NCBI GenBank assembly: GCA_028534125.1
Contig: CM052832.1
Span: 8,682,001 to 8,746,000 of the forward strand
Direction of reading: 5' to 3'
From: Lama glama
Taxonomy: Eukaryota
DNA length: 64,000 nt
Numbering within the stretch: the first letter of the stretch is position 1; every line of letters starts with the position of its first letter. Under the pieces are notes generated by a model that saw only the letters and a list, made by a program, of their open reading frames with translations, was not told the DNA's origin and made no database searches. Position numbers and translations under genes: made by a program. Positions 22,847 to 33,075 of this stretch are shown here, in pieces.

Positions 22847-25800
22847 CTGGGGAGGAAGGAGTTATGAGCAATGGTGGGGTTTAGCCCCCTAGCCTACCAC
22901 CCCATCCTGCCCCATTAGTGCTGGCCTAGGGCTCCCCTCAGCTCTTAAGATAGAAACACATGTACTCCCACAAGTTACTTCCACACATGCTTCTATACAT
23001 CCCTGAAGCATAGGCATACCTGAGTGTGTGTACACATCCTCTTCCTGGACACACACACAGGTGTGGACTCAATGTATACTTTTTTTTTTTAATGGAGGTG
23101 CTGGAGATTGAACCCAGGACCTCATGCATGCTAAGCATGGGCTCTACCCCCCCAACATATACACTGTTATACATGCAGTTTACATACTTCAGGTACGCAC
23201 CTGTGCACACCAGCATACATGCACCAGACCCATGTGCCAACATGTCTTCCTCTCTGAATCTTACCTAAGGTGTCAGCACCCAAACCCACATGCATGTGCT
23301 CACACTGACAGTCCTATGCACACACCTCTTCCTCTCCACGTCTTGGATGGTCTCTGGCAGCTGTGCCTGCTTGGTCTCTGGCAGCAGGAGGGCAGTGCAG
23401 GCAGCTAGCAGTGCGATCCCCCCATAAGTGAGCTTGGGCAGTGACAGCCATACTCCATCCAGCAAGGCTGCCAGTGGGGCCAAAGAGCCCCCCAGACGGC
23501 CCACCAGTGCAGTCAGCCCCATTCCTGTCTGTCTGTTCAGAGAAAGAGGATAGAGGAGAGGGTTGGTGCTCATACCTACATGCAGTCGTGCTTCACAGGA
23601 ATTCCCTCTTGTGCTGGCTGGCTCTGGTGCCCCCTTCTCCCCAGATGGCCAAGAAAGCTGGGGCTACTTTCAGATGGTTTTCCCACCCACCCCCAGGCCA
23701 GGGCTCTCCAAGCCAGCACCCACCAGGGGATGGGGCCCTGGTTCTGATAGTACTAATCAGGCACTGCTGAAGGAAAAGAAAAGTCATCAGAAAAGGGTTG
23801 GGGAAATGGTGATCTGAAAGAGGGTCAGCAGCTCAATCAGACCCTGCCATGTTAGAGGAGACACAAGGCTTTCTAAACATGGCCACCTGCCTACCCATCT
23901 CCTCCCCACTTGTCAGTAGCTAGCTGAAAGGGCCCAGGCCTTATGTCCAGAGACAACCCCCAAGGGCAGGCTGTGGTGAGTGGGATGGGATAGAATGGAT
24001 AGAAGGGGCTTTTTGTGGCTTTTCTTGTAAAGCCAATTTTCTTTTAAAGGAGGCCCAAAGAAGTTGTCTGACGCCATTCAGGGTCTTAGTAAAGATGATA
24101 AAATGCCCCACCACCTCCCAGACCTTGGTGAACACAGACAGCTCTGATTATAGCTCTGTAAGCAATGAGTGACAAGGACTGGGGTGCAGTGTGTATGTGG
24201 GGTGTTCGTAAGAGATGTGACTAACAAGCCCTCCCTCCAGGTGGCTTGCCTAGGATCCCTCACCTGAGCACGGTAGGGTACAACTCCGACGTGAACAGGT
24301 AGGCAGTGGTGAAGGCAGCTTCAGAAAAACCTTTCCCTATCACTGCCAGGGCGGTGCTCCAGGACTTCATCTCTGGAGGAAAAGGGGTTCAGACATTGAG
24401 CAGGCCTTATGGGAGAACCAGGGTTCTCCCAGGATAGGAGGTGGAGCCCCCATAGAGGGCGGGACTTAACTGGCCTTTAGTCGGGGCTTCCCGGAAAGGA
24501 GGGGGGAGGGGTACGGAAGAGGGTGGATGAGAGGGTTGTTTTCTCGACCAGGAGGCGGGGCCTCCAAGAACCAACGGGGCTTCAGGGCGGGGCTCACCCG
24601 AGGACACCAGCAACCTGAAGGCCAAGGAAAGAGCGGCGCCCAGCAACGTTCCGGCCAGTGTGAGGCGACGTCCTGCGTGGCGCACCGACAGGTAGACCAG
24701 GAGCTTGGAGGGCAGCTCCACGGCCCCGAATAGCAGCTGCGTCTGGTACACGTTCAGCCCCAGCCCCGACACATCCAGGCTCAGGCCGTAATAGGAGAAG
24801 TTCACTCCAAACCTGAGGGGGCGTCGCGATGCCATTCAGTGTAGTCTCCTTCCCACCCTCTTGTCCGCTCTTCTCAGAAACCCTGGCCTTTTAGAGGGAC
24901 CATCTGCCCCACCTTCAGAACCTGCTGCCCATGACCTTGCCTGTCCCCATAATCCCTTCTGAGTGTGCAGCACATACCAGTGGCTCAGGAGCCTTTACCT
25001 AATCTTCACAGCAACCCTGTGAGATGGGAACTAACAGTGACCCATTATACAGAAGGGGCACTGAGGCTCAGAGTGTTAAGTGACCTGTCCAAGGACTAAC
25101 AGTAAGGAAGTGGTAGAGCCTGAATTTGAACCCACATGTGTCTGATGCCTGCTCCATCTTGGGAGTACCCCAAAGCCTCATCCCCACTAGAGACTGATCC
25201 ACCCGCCATGCACAATAATAGTTCACTTGTCCTTGTCCTCTCAAACTCAGCTCCAGCCTGGAGTCTGCCCCTCCCTCCACCCACCCCCACCCCACCAGGC
25301 TCAGTCCAGCCCCTTCCTCACCACACCACCATGCAGCACAGTGAGATGTGTCGCAGCCGGGGTGTCCGGAACAGGTCTAGGTACGAAGGTCTTTGGACCA
25401 CCCTCTCTGCAGCAGCTACTTTGCTCAGGGCCTGATTGGGGAGAAGGAGAGTTTGTGACATCAGAGTTGGCTGTGTAGCCTGAGCAAGGCACCTTGTTCT
25501 CCCTGGGTCTCCATTCCTCCCTTCTGTAGTAATGGGGGTCGGGATGTGTGTGGGACCTGGGTAGGGTTGGCCAGAGGCAAGGGTGTAGCCCACAAGAGCC
25601 AGCAGGACATCTTGAAGAGTTTGGAACTCTCCACTGGGGGCCAGGAGCTTTTCCTGCACACAGAGTGACCCTTGGCATAGGCCACACACACACACTCACA
25701 CATACATTCACCCTCACCTCCTGGCTCAGGCCATCCTCACCCACAGGCCGCCCATTGAGCCTGGCACAGCGGAGCAGGTACCTGTGGGCCTCCTCCACAC

Positions 25801-28389
25801 GGCCCTGGGTCAGAAGCCAGCGTGCAGACTCAGGCACCCACCTGGGGGGCAGTAGGAGGCCCTTCAGAGTCAGCACCCTAAGCCACATTCCTCCCTGGGC
25901 ACACCACAGGCTGTCAGCTGCCAGGCTCTTGCTCACACAATCCCCTCAGCCTGGAATGTGTTCTCTTCCCAAGCCCTCCTCACCTGATGAACTATTCACC
26001 CTTAAAGGCCCAATTTAGAAGTCACCTTTTCCCACACTTCCTCGCAGGCCTAGTCCTCCACAGCCTAGGAGTCCCCTCTCTACTCAACTAAATTGGTCTC
26101 ACCTACAAAATCTCAGGCCCCAGCACCAGGCACCCACTTCTCTCACAGGTGACAGGAGGACGTAAGATGAAGGACAGACAGACATACAGGCATACCCAGA
26201 GGGGTAATTCAAAGCCAGTTCATTTTAGGGAGGCAGTGAAATGCCCACTTTGCCCGGCTTCCCACCCTTCTGCTTGGACTCCCTACCACTGTACTGGCTT
26301 TGCCGCCATCCCCTCCCCTCCAGAGCACCATCCTTTTAGTCCCTGGCTCTGTCCACCTCTGTCTCTCAGGTCACTCATGTGTTCGTCTCCATCTGTCCCT
26401 CTGAATCTGCCTTTCAGTCCTATTCTCTCACTGTCTCTTACTGGTTTTGTCTCTGTCATTCCACCTCTATCACTCTATATTTTGTTATCTTTTTCTCTGC
26501 TTCTCATGCCCAGTGCCATCCTCTTTGTATTGATCTCTGTCTCTTTCTCTCTCTTGATCACTGACTGTTTCTCTTCATCTCTCAGTCTCTCTGTCTGCAA
26601 ATCTCAGCCTCTGATTAATTCTATCTCTGGTTTCCTGTATCTCCCACTCCCTAGCTGCCCACAGGTCTCACCAGAGGCTGAGGATGCCTGGGGCACAAGG
26701 CAGGGTGACAGTCAGCAGAAGCCATCGCCAGTCCCGTATGAGGTACCCAACCAGTGCCAGCAGCATCACGCCCCCTGTCCAGAAGGTGCTGCTCAGGACA
26801 CCTGCCACAGTGCGGTGTCCCACGTCCAGCCACTCCAGCTCTGGACCCAGGGCAGGGGTTGCAGACAGGAAGACAGTTAACAAGGGCCAGATGGGCTCAG
26901 TCTCACCCTTGACAGCTGCCTCCCTCCAGTCCTCTAGGCCCTGCCCGTCCTTTGCCTGCCTCACCCAGTGGCATCACGATGATGGTGAAGCCAGCCAGGG
27001 CTGTGCCAGTGAGGGTGCGGGTGATGGCAAACATGGTGTAGCTGACGGAGGCTGCAGATGCCAGGCCCAGCACTAGGGCACTCACATAGGCCACCAGCAG
27101 CAGACGGCGCCGCCCAAACCTGCACAGGGGTCATGCAGGGTCAGCTCCCTGTAGAGTGGAGGTCCCAAGATAGAGGTATACTGGGCCCATACCCCAGCTA
27201 GTGGAAAAGGGTTCCCCACCCCACTCCCTTATTGGCCCCTCATCTCACCCCACCTGTCAGACAGGTATCCAAAGGCCACGGCCCCCACCAGCACACCGGC
27301 GAAGAAGAAGGTGGAAGTGGCTCTGTTCAGGCCTTTCTGCTCACACACCAGGTCCCACTGCAGGGACAAGCAGGGAGGGGCCTCCCATGGGCACAGGCCC
27401 CTCTTCAGCTGGCACCAACCCCTCTTCTCCAGACCCAGGGCCTTCTGAGGTCAACTGTGCCATCCTAGTACCTCCATGTCAGATAAGCCCCAACTATTCC
27501 CCCCAGCTTGTGGGGTGGGAAACTTTGCCCCTCCCCAATCCTGCAGCCTCAGCTTCTTCCCATGGAGGGCCTTGGCTGTGACAACAGGAGTTCTCCTTCC
27601 CAGAGAGACTGCCCCACCCTGCATTCCTCCAGGTGGGTCATGTAAATCCTAGACCTGGAGCCCAGAAAAAAGGAAGGGAGAGAAGGAGGCCTCTATTGTT
27701 TCTCCACTTCTTACTGGAGAAAGACCCTCCTCAACTCTGTCCCAACTCCCGGGAGCCTCCTTAGCCCTTCCCCACCCTAATCACCTCCCAATTAATAATA
27801 GCAGCTCTCAAGTATGGGCTTTACTACAAGCCAGGAACTAAGCTCAGTGCTTTAAATTTATAGACCCCATCTACAGATGGGTAAACTGAGACTGTAAGAG
27901 GTAAAGTAATGTGTCTAATGCCCACATAGTAATCACCCAAGGCAATGGCAAGCCCATCTATTCACGTGTCCCCCAACCTCCCAGCTCGGGTACCTCGGTT
28001 GCAATGGTGGAGGAGAATTCCGAGTGGTCGTACTCCCAGCCCTGAGGGCAGGGCACTGTGGAGGGCTCACCCTCCAGCTGCTCCCCAGTGCTCTGACCCC
28101 CTCCCCACAACGTGGAGTTGGGGAGGGCCTGGGGATGGGTGAAGCGGAGGCAGGAGCTGAGCCTGCCATCAGGCTCCCGGGGCAGGTGGGCCTCCAGCCA
28201 CATGTCCTGGTGACTGAAGTTGGAAGGGAGTCCAGGCAGGGCACAACGGTGGGCTGGCACAGCAGCCAGGAAGATGGGCAGGAGGAAGTGCATGGGCAGC
28301 AGCACACGGGGCAAGGCCAGCAGTGCCACATTCCACAGCTGGAAGGGCCCAAAGCCACCCACCTTGTCTAGCAGCTCCTCGAATCCCAT
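22792..28389 (-). CDS. SLC22A7: Solute carrier family 22 member 7 (organic anion transporter 2, OAT2), 547 aa; complement(join(22792..22846,23326..23532,24264..24372,24598..24812,25322..25431,25718..25841,26672..26840,26965..27119,27254..27357,27994..28389))
   Basis: Spliced ORF of 1644 nt, [17 protein letters not shown]...[11 protein letters not shown]22/MFS motifs present (STIATEWDLVC, DRFGRR, PESARWL, SELYPT, LPET). Confidence 0.97.
23080..23152 (-). mobile_element. tRNA-derived SINE, camelid Vic-1-like, in the last SLC22A7 intron
   Basis: Minus strand reads ggtagagcccatgcttagcatgcatgaggtcctgggttcaatctccagcacctccatt plus an A tail, with a Pol III B-box-like GGTTCAATC. Confidence 0.75.
23326..23532 (-). 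CDS. SLC22A7: SLC22A7 exon 9
   Basis: [13 protein letters not shown]...[20 protein letters not shown]. Confidence 0.95.
24264..24372 (-). CDS. SLC22A7: SLC22A7 exon 8
   Basis: [36 protein letters not shown]. Confidence 0.95.
24598..24812 (-). CDS. SLC22A7: SLC22A7 exon 7
   Basis: [14 protein letters not shown]...LLVSS. Confidence 0.95.
24990..25150. mobile_element. MIR SINE remnant
   Basis: cccattatacagaaggggcactgaggctcagagtgttaagtgacctgtccaagg. Confidence 0.7.
25322..25431 (-). CDS. SLC22A7: SLC22A7 exon 6
   Basis: [37 protein letters not shown]. Confidence 0.95.
25718..25841 (-). CDS. SLC22A7: SLC22A7 exon 5
   Basis: [14 protein letters not shown]...LSQE. Confidence 0.95.
26672..26840 (-). 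CDS. SLC22A7: SLC22A7 exon 4
   Basis: [11 protein letters not shown]...RDWRWL...GILSLW. Confidence 0.95.
26965..27119 (-). CDS. SLC22A7: SLC22A7 exon 3
   Basis: [12 protein letters not shown]...TIIVMPL. Confidence 0.95.
27254..27357 (-). CDS. SLC22A7: SLC22A7 exon 2
   Basis: [34 protein letters not shown]. Confidence 0.95.
27994..28389 (-). CDS. SLC22A7: SLC22A7 coding exon 1
   Basis: MGFEELL...STIATE, donor GT at 27993-27992. Confidence 0.95.
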
Positions 28390-28654
28390 GCCACCCACCC
28401 ACCAACCTTCTCCAGTGCAGGCTCCCTCTGTAGTGCCCAGCTCAGCTCAAACCACCCACCATTTAGACCCTTGGACTCTGGAGGTGGGAGTGGACAGACT
28501 GATGAGCAGAGAGCCTGCAGCCAGAATCCAGCCCTCAGGGGCTGGCCCAGGGCTGGGCCCTCCCAGGCCACCCAGGGATTCCTGCCTGTCTGGCCTAGTG
28601 CCTGGGGGAGGAGCTGCTATCCATTCAGAGGTCACTGACTCCGTGGCTCTGGGA

Positions 28655-28662
28655 CTTATATA
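28655..28662 (-). promoter_or_regulatory. SLC22A7: TATA box (TATATAAG) of SLC22A7
   Basis: Consensus TATAWAAR ~270 nt upstream of the ATG, in otherwise GC-rich DNA. Confidence 0.65.
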
Positions 28663-28791
28663 TTGGTGCTCAAGGACCAAGTAGGGTAGCTGGGTATGTA
28701 GGAGGTGAGGCCCTTAGCCCCTCGATCAGCAGAGTTCCAAGGGTACCGAAATGAAGAAGTCCCCTGGAGCATAGTACCAGCTGTCCCTGGA

Positions 28792-28804
28792 TGCCCTTTG
28801 TCCT
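28792..28804 (-). promoter_or_regulatory. SLC22A7: DR1 / HNF4-alpha element AGGACAAAGGGCA
   Basis: Matches the HNF4 DR1 consensus with the CAAAG core. HNF4A is an established activator of OAT2. Confidence 0.65.
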
Positions 28805-31089
28805 GTGAAACCTCAGTTCAGCCTTGCCTATTTGCAACCACAGCCAGGCCTGCAGCCCAGGATTCAAGACTGAGGACCAGGCCCTAACTAGGTGAAGGAT
28901 TCTTTCTGCTGAGCCACGAGGCCTCCTTGTATCTTTAGACCCCCACCTGTAGCTTATGCCCTGGCCTGAGACACACCTGGAACCACAATGGGCAGCCTGG
29001 CTGATCTAGGGCTCCCAGACCCATTATCCTCCCACTTCTTCACTCAGGAGCTCTCCCCATACACACGGTCCCTCCTGCCTGCCCCTGCCTCTATTTCAGA
29101 AGCTTTTCAAATTACCCTGTGGTGGGTAGGGAAGGAAAATTTTTGCTGAGGTCCTACCCTTAAGTGCCTCCAATGAATGCCTAAGGCTCAGGATTTGTTT
29201 GACCTTCCCCACTCTATTTGCATTCATGGCCCCTGCCATAAAAGCACAGGGGAAGCCAGCAATGTCAGATTTATTCTGATCTGATTCTCCAAATATCAGG
29301 TTGGCAGTACTGGAAGGTTGTCAAATTGTATAAGCTTTTAATGGGCCCAAGCTAAAAAAAGAAAGAAAAAGCGAAAAGGAAAGAAAAGAAAACCCCTAAT
29401 TTAATCTGGCCCTACCTTGAACAGATGAAAAAATGGTTTGGGAGGCTGGAGATATGGCTTGCTGGGGTCACACAATGACTCAGCAGCAGAGCTGGAGAGA
29501 AGACCAGGACCCCTGACTCTGGCCTTTGACCTAAGGTGCTGAACTGGAGATGTCCCAATCTGTGCTAGGTTGAGCTCCCTGAGAAAGCTCTGGGAAAGAG
29601 CTAAATTGTTAACAAGGTGTGTGTTCATGGTGGTGCTAATAGGCATGAGAGTGAGGGCAGTGATTTGGTGGTGGTGACAGGAGGTAACATTAGTAAGAGA
29701 TACTGAGTTTCTAGTGCAGACTTAGCATCCTGTAAGGCCATGGTCACCGCCCTCAGTGAGCGTTCAGCCCAGCAGGAGGGTTAAAACAAGATTTACAAAC
29801 CTCTCTCTGCCTCCAGTCCCACCCTTATAACCCCGCTCTCTCTTTTAAAACACAAATCTGACAGGATAGTGTCTCTGTTTAAAACCCTTCACCAACTCCC
29901 AGAGCTGGAGGGTGAAAGTCCAGTTCCCTAGCTTCGCCCATATGACCCTCCCCATTCTCTCCCTAGCCTGCCTCTGGCTCTTCTCCACCATGCTCCATTC
30001 CCTCCAGCTCCCTCAGTGCAGTCCTGTGGGCAGCCCTGCCTTCCCTCTTATTCACTTGGTGGATGTCCCAGCCTGGAGACCAACTCAAGTGTGAGAAATT
30101 CCTGTCCCTCTTGCTTTCACCCACATGTGACCCCCATACTGTTGATTATTCCCTCATTTAATACTATATAATCATTTGTATAAAAATATAAAGTACCATA
30201 ACCCTTTGCAGCTCCTGAGAGGTAAGCCATCTCATCACCATGGTCCATCCAGTGGCTCCACAGGGAAATACTCTGAGGTTTTTCCACAGCCAGAGAGAAC
30301 AGTCAATGGGGCCAACCCTGGGCATTGGCTGTGGTACCTTTGTTTTCACAATGGGAGTTTCTGTCCTGCCTTATGAGACATAGCTAATAGTCATCTCTCC
30401 TTCTTTTCATTGGATTCTAGGAAACTCAGATCTAAATCTGCAGTCCCTTTCTACAGAGAGTAATTTGGCATTTACTGTACTCCTGGCTTCATCTTATTTC
30501 CTGTCTCTGCCCCATATGGCAGCTCTCCTCTCTGGTGTCATCAAAGAATGGTGGTGACAATGACTATGCTGTTTGGAGGCTGGACAAACAAGGACAAGCA
30601 AGGTATGAAATACCAAGAGTCTAACCAGAGGACAGATTGGCTCTGAACAGATTGGCTCTGAATCACCAGTTAAGAGCTGGTTTTGATTAAATTTTTAACC
30701 ATCCCCATTCCCTTCCAACCTGGGAATCCAAATTTGAGCTCAGAGGCCAAGATGGAGAAGACCCTCCTTTATACCAAGACTATATGAGAAGGAGCCTTGT
30801 GCACTGGAAAAATAACAACTCCTTGGCTGAAACTATACTAGAACTGTTGGAGGGTGTAGGGAAGAATACATTCCTAGGATAAATAATTCCCTATTTGGGA
30901 TTGCTTGCAATAGGGACTTCTTAGACTTTACAGTTTCTTACTGTTTTGCCCCTCTCTGCATTGAGTGGCCTCCCCATCTTAGTTGGGGCTTCCCTGACCA
31001 CTAACCATTGCTGCAACTCTTATAATCATTTCCTACATTGATGATAGTGGTAAAGACAGAATCAGTTGTAGTGCAAATATGTTGATGAG

Positions 31090-31510
31090 ATGGCATGTCA
31101 GTGGTGGAAGTGGGAATACTGAAGGTAGAAATGATGATGATTGGAGTAGGGATGAGGGGTATGGGGCTAGGGATAGTGGCAACAGTGATGTGGTTATGAG
31201 AGCAGTGGTGGTGATGAGGATTATGTGGTAGATGATCCTGATGGTGGTGGTCGTATTGAAGATAAATATAAGCTCCCTGAGAACAAGAATTTTGTCTTTC
31301 TTGTTAATCATGTCATCAGAGCCTAGTGGTGGTGATGGTGATAGTGGTGGTGATTTGTGGTGATGGAGCCTCGTTTAGGAGAAGGATATCTGTGATTTGA
31401 GTGATGATGGTGGTGGTAATGGTGAGTAATAGAAGTGAGTAATGGAGATAGAGATGGTGATTGTGGTAAACTTGATGGTGGTGGCAATGGGTGATATGGG
31501 GTGATATTAC
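31090..31510. repeat. Degenerate (GGT/GAT)n low-complexity region
   Basis: Many ggtggt and gatggt units. Confidence 0.6.
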
Positions 31511-32229
31511 ACCACTTTGGGCTTAATGGTAGATGGGATGAAGAAGAATGCAGAAGATGGCACCTGGAGCTGATGAAAATGGGCTTGTATCATATTTCTT
31601 GCTGACTTAGAGCCAAATTTCTATGACCATGCAGAATTTCAGGATTCTCCTTGCCCATCACCTCATCACTGTGGGCAATGACCGGGCTCCTGCATCTGCT
31701 GAGGACTTAGCAGGTCATCCTGCCCATCCTTCAGTCTGGGGTTGGTCTCAGCTTTGGTCCTGCCCTTGACTCCTGAGTAGCTAAGGAAAATCTCAGCAGG
31801 CCCCAATGTCTGATGTTCCAAGACACAACACCTTCTACTCTCCCATTCTGGTCTCTTTTCTCCAGGGTGTCCCTGAGGGACCTCTACCTCTGCCAGGAAC
31901 CTACCCTGGGACAAAAATTATTAAGTATTTCCTAGGTGAAAGATTTACACTTAGTGAACCTAGGGTCCAAAATGCAAAAAGTACAGCGAGTGCACTACAC
32001 TGAAACCTCCCTCCCCCCAGCTCTCCTCCCCAGGCAACCAGAGGCCTCTAACTCTCATCTAAATAGGTGGACATGATACACAAAAGTCTCTTACTGTATA
32101 CAAAAAGCCACCTCCTTCATTATAGAGCCTCATAGTACCCTATCATATGGGCAGCCATGCCCTACTAATCAGTTAATCAGCCCCAATTAACTGACATTTA
32201 GATTGCTTCTGAACTCTTGCTTTTACAGG

Positions 32230-32512
32230 TCTACAGTTTCTCTTATCCAAACCACTGGGCCCAGATTTCTTTTAGAAAGGCAATTCAGTGCATATTCCAT
32301 ATATTATGAAACACCCTAATAGGATCTAAGGCAGCAACCTATAGCCAAACACATTAATATTTCCACTGCAAACATGTATGATAAAGTGGAATTAATAGAG
32401 ACTATAAATGGTCTTGGCAGGTTTTGATACCTAATGAATTTATGCCAATCTATTGGAAATCTCCCAGTTTTCAGAACTTTTGGGTTTTTGGAATTGCAGA
32501 TGAGGCTTTGTA
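32230..32512. mobile_element. Old non-autonomous DNA transposon remnant (MER-type)
   Basis: AT-rich island with degenerate inverted ends (cttatcc / gatgag). Family recognised only loosely. Confidence 0.35.
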
Positions 32513-33069
32513 GCACTCAAAGAATGTTGCAATGAGTAACTTGAGACACACATAATTTTGCAAGTTTACAAGTATATCCAAAGGATATGTTTCTAGAAGT
32601 GGAAACGCTGGGTCACAGGCTATGTTCATTCATGATTTTCATAGATTTTTGCTAGAACAACGACCATTATTATTCCTTGCCTGTGAGCTGCTATACTTTA
32701 TGGTTTTCCAAACACTTGCACTTTTGTCTGTTAACTTTGGGGCAATGAAATTTCTTCCTCCCTCCCTCTCTGCACAAAGTTAGGTTTAAGTCTCTGTGAG
32801 CCAGGGGAGCTGAGACAGCATGAAGTTTGCTATCAGAGACAGCAGGGCCATCCCCTTCCACCAGTGTAACCCTGAGCAAGTTACCTATATCCATCCTGAA
32901 CAGCTGTTTCCTCTTCTGTATACTATCTACATCCATGTCAGTCCCTCCCTATTTTCCCACCAACCTGTTTTCTTCTCTCCTGCCCACCCCCAGCCCCAGG
33001 GCCTGGGCTTTGCCCTCTCCCCCAAAGGAAGAAGAGGCCAGGCCAACAGAAAGAAAGGTCCACAGGCTT

Positions 33070-33075
33070 TTTAAT
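33070..33075 (-). terminator. TTBK1: Probable poly(A) signal ATTAAA of full-length TTBK1 (~2.9 kb 3'UTR)
   Basis: TTTAAT on +, with a U/GU-rich downstream element on the minus strand. The GC-rich UTR-like composition ends here. Confidence 0.55.

Noticed and set aside
26149..26880. 243-aa plus-strand ORF
   Set aside because: CT-rich low-complexity intron plus the antisense of SLC22A7 exon 4.
28390..28398. N-terminal extension of OAT2 shown in the ORF track (MGG)
   Set aside because: It starts at GTG. The ATG at 28389 matches the family start MGFEELL.
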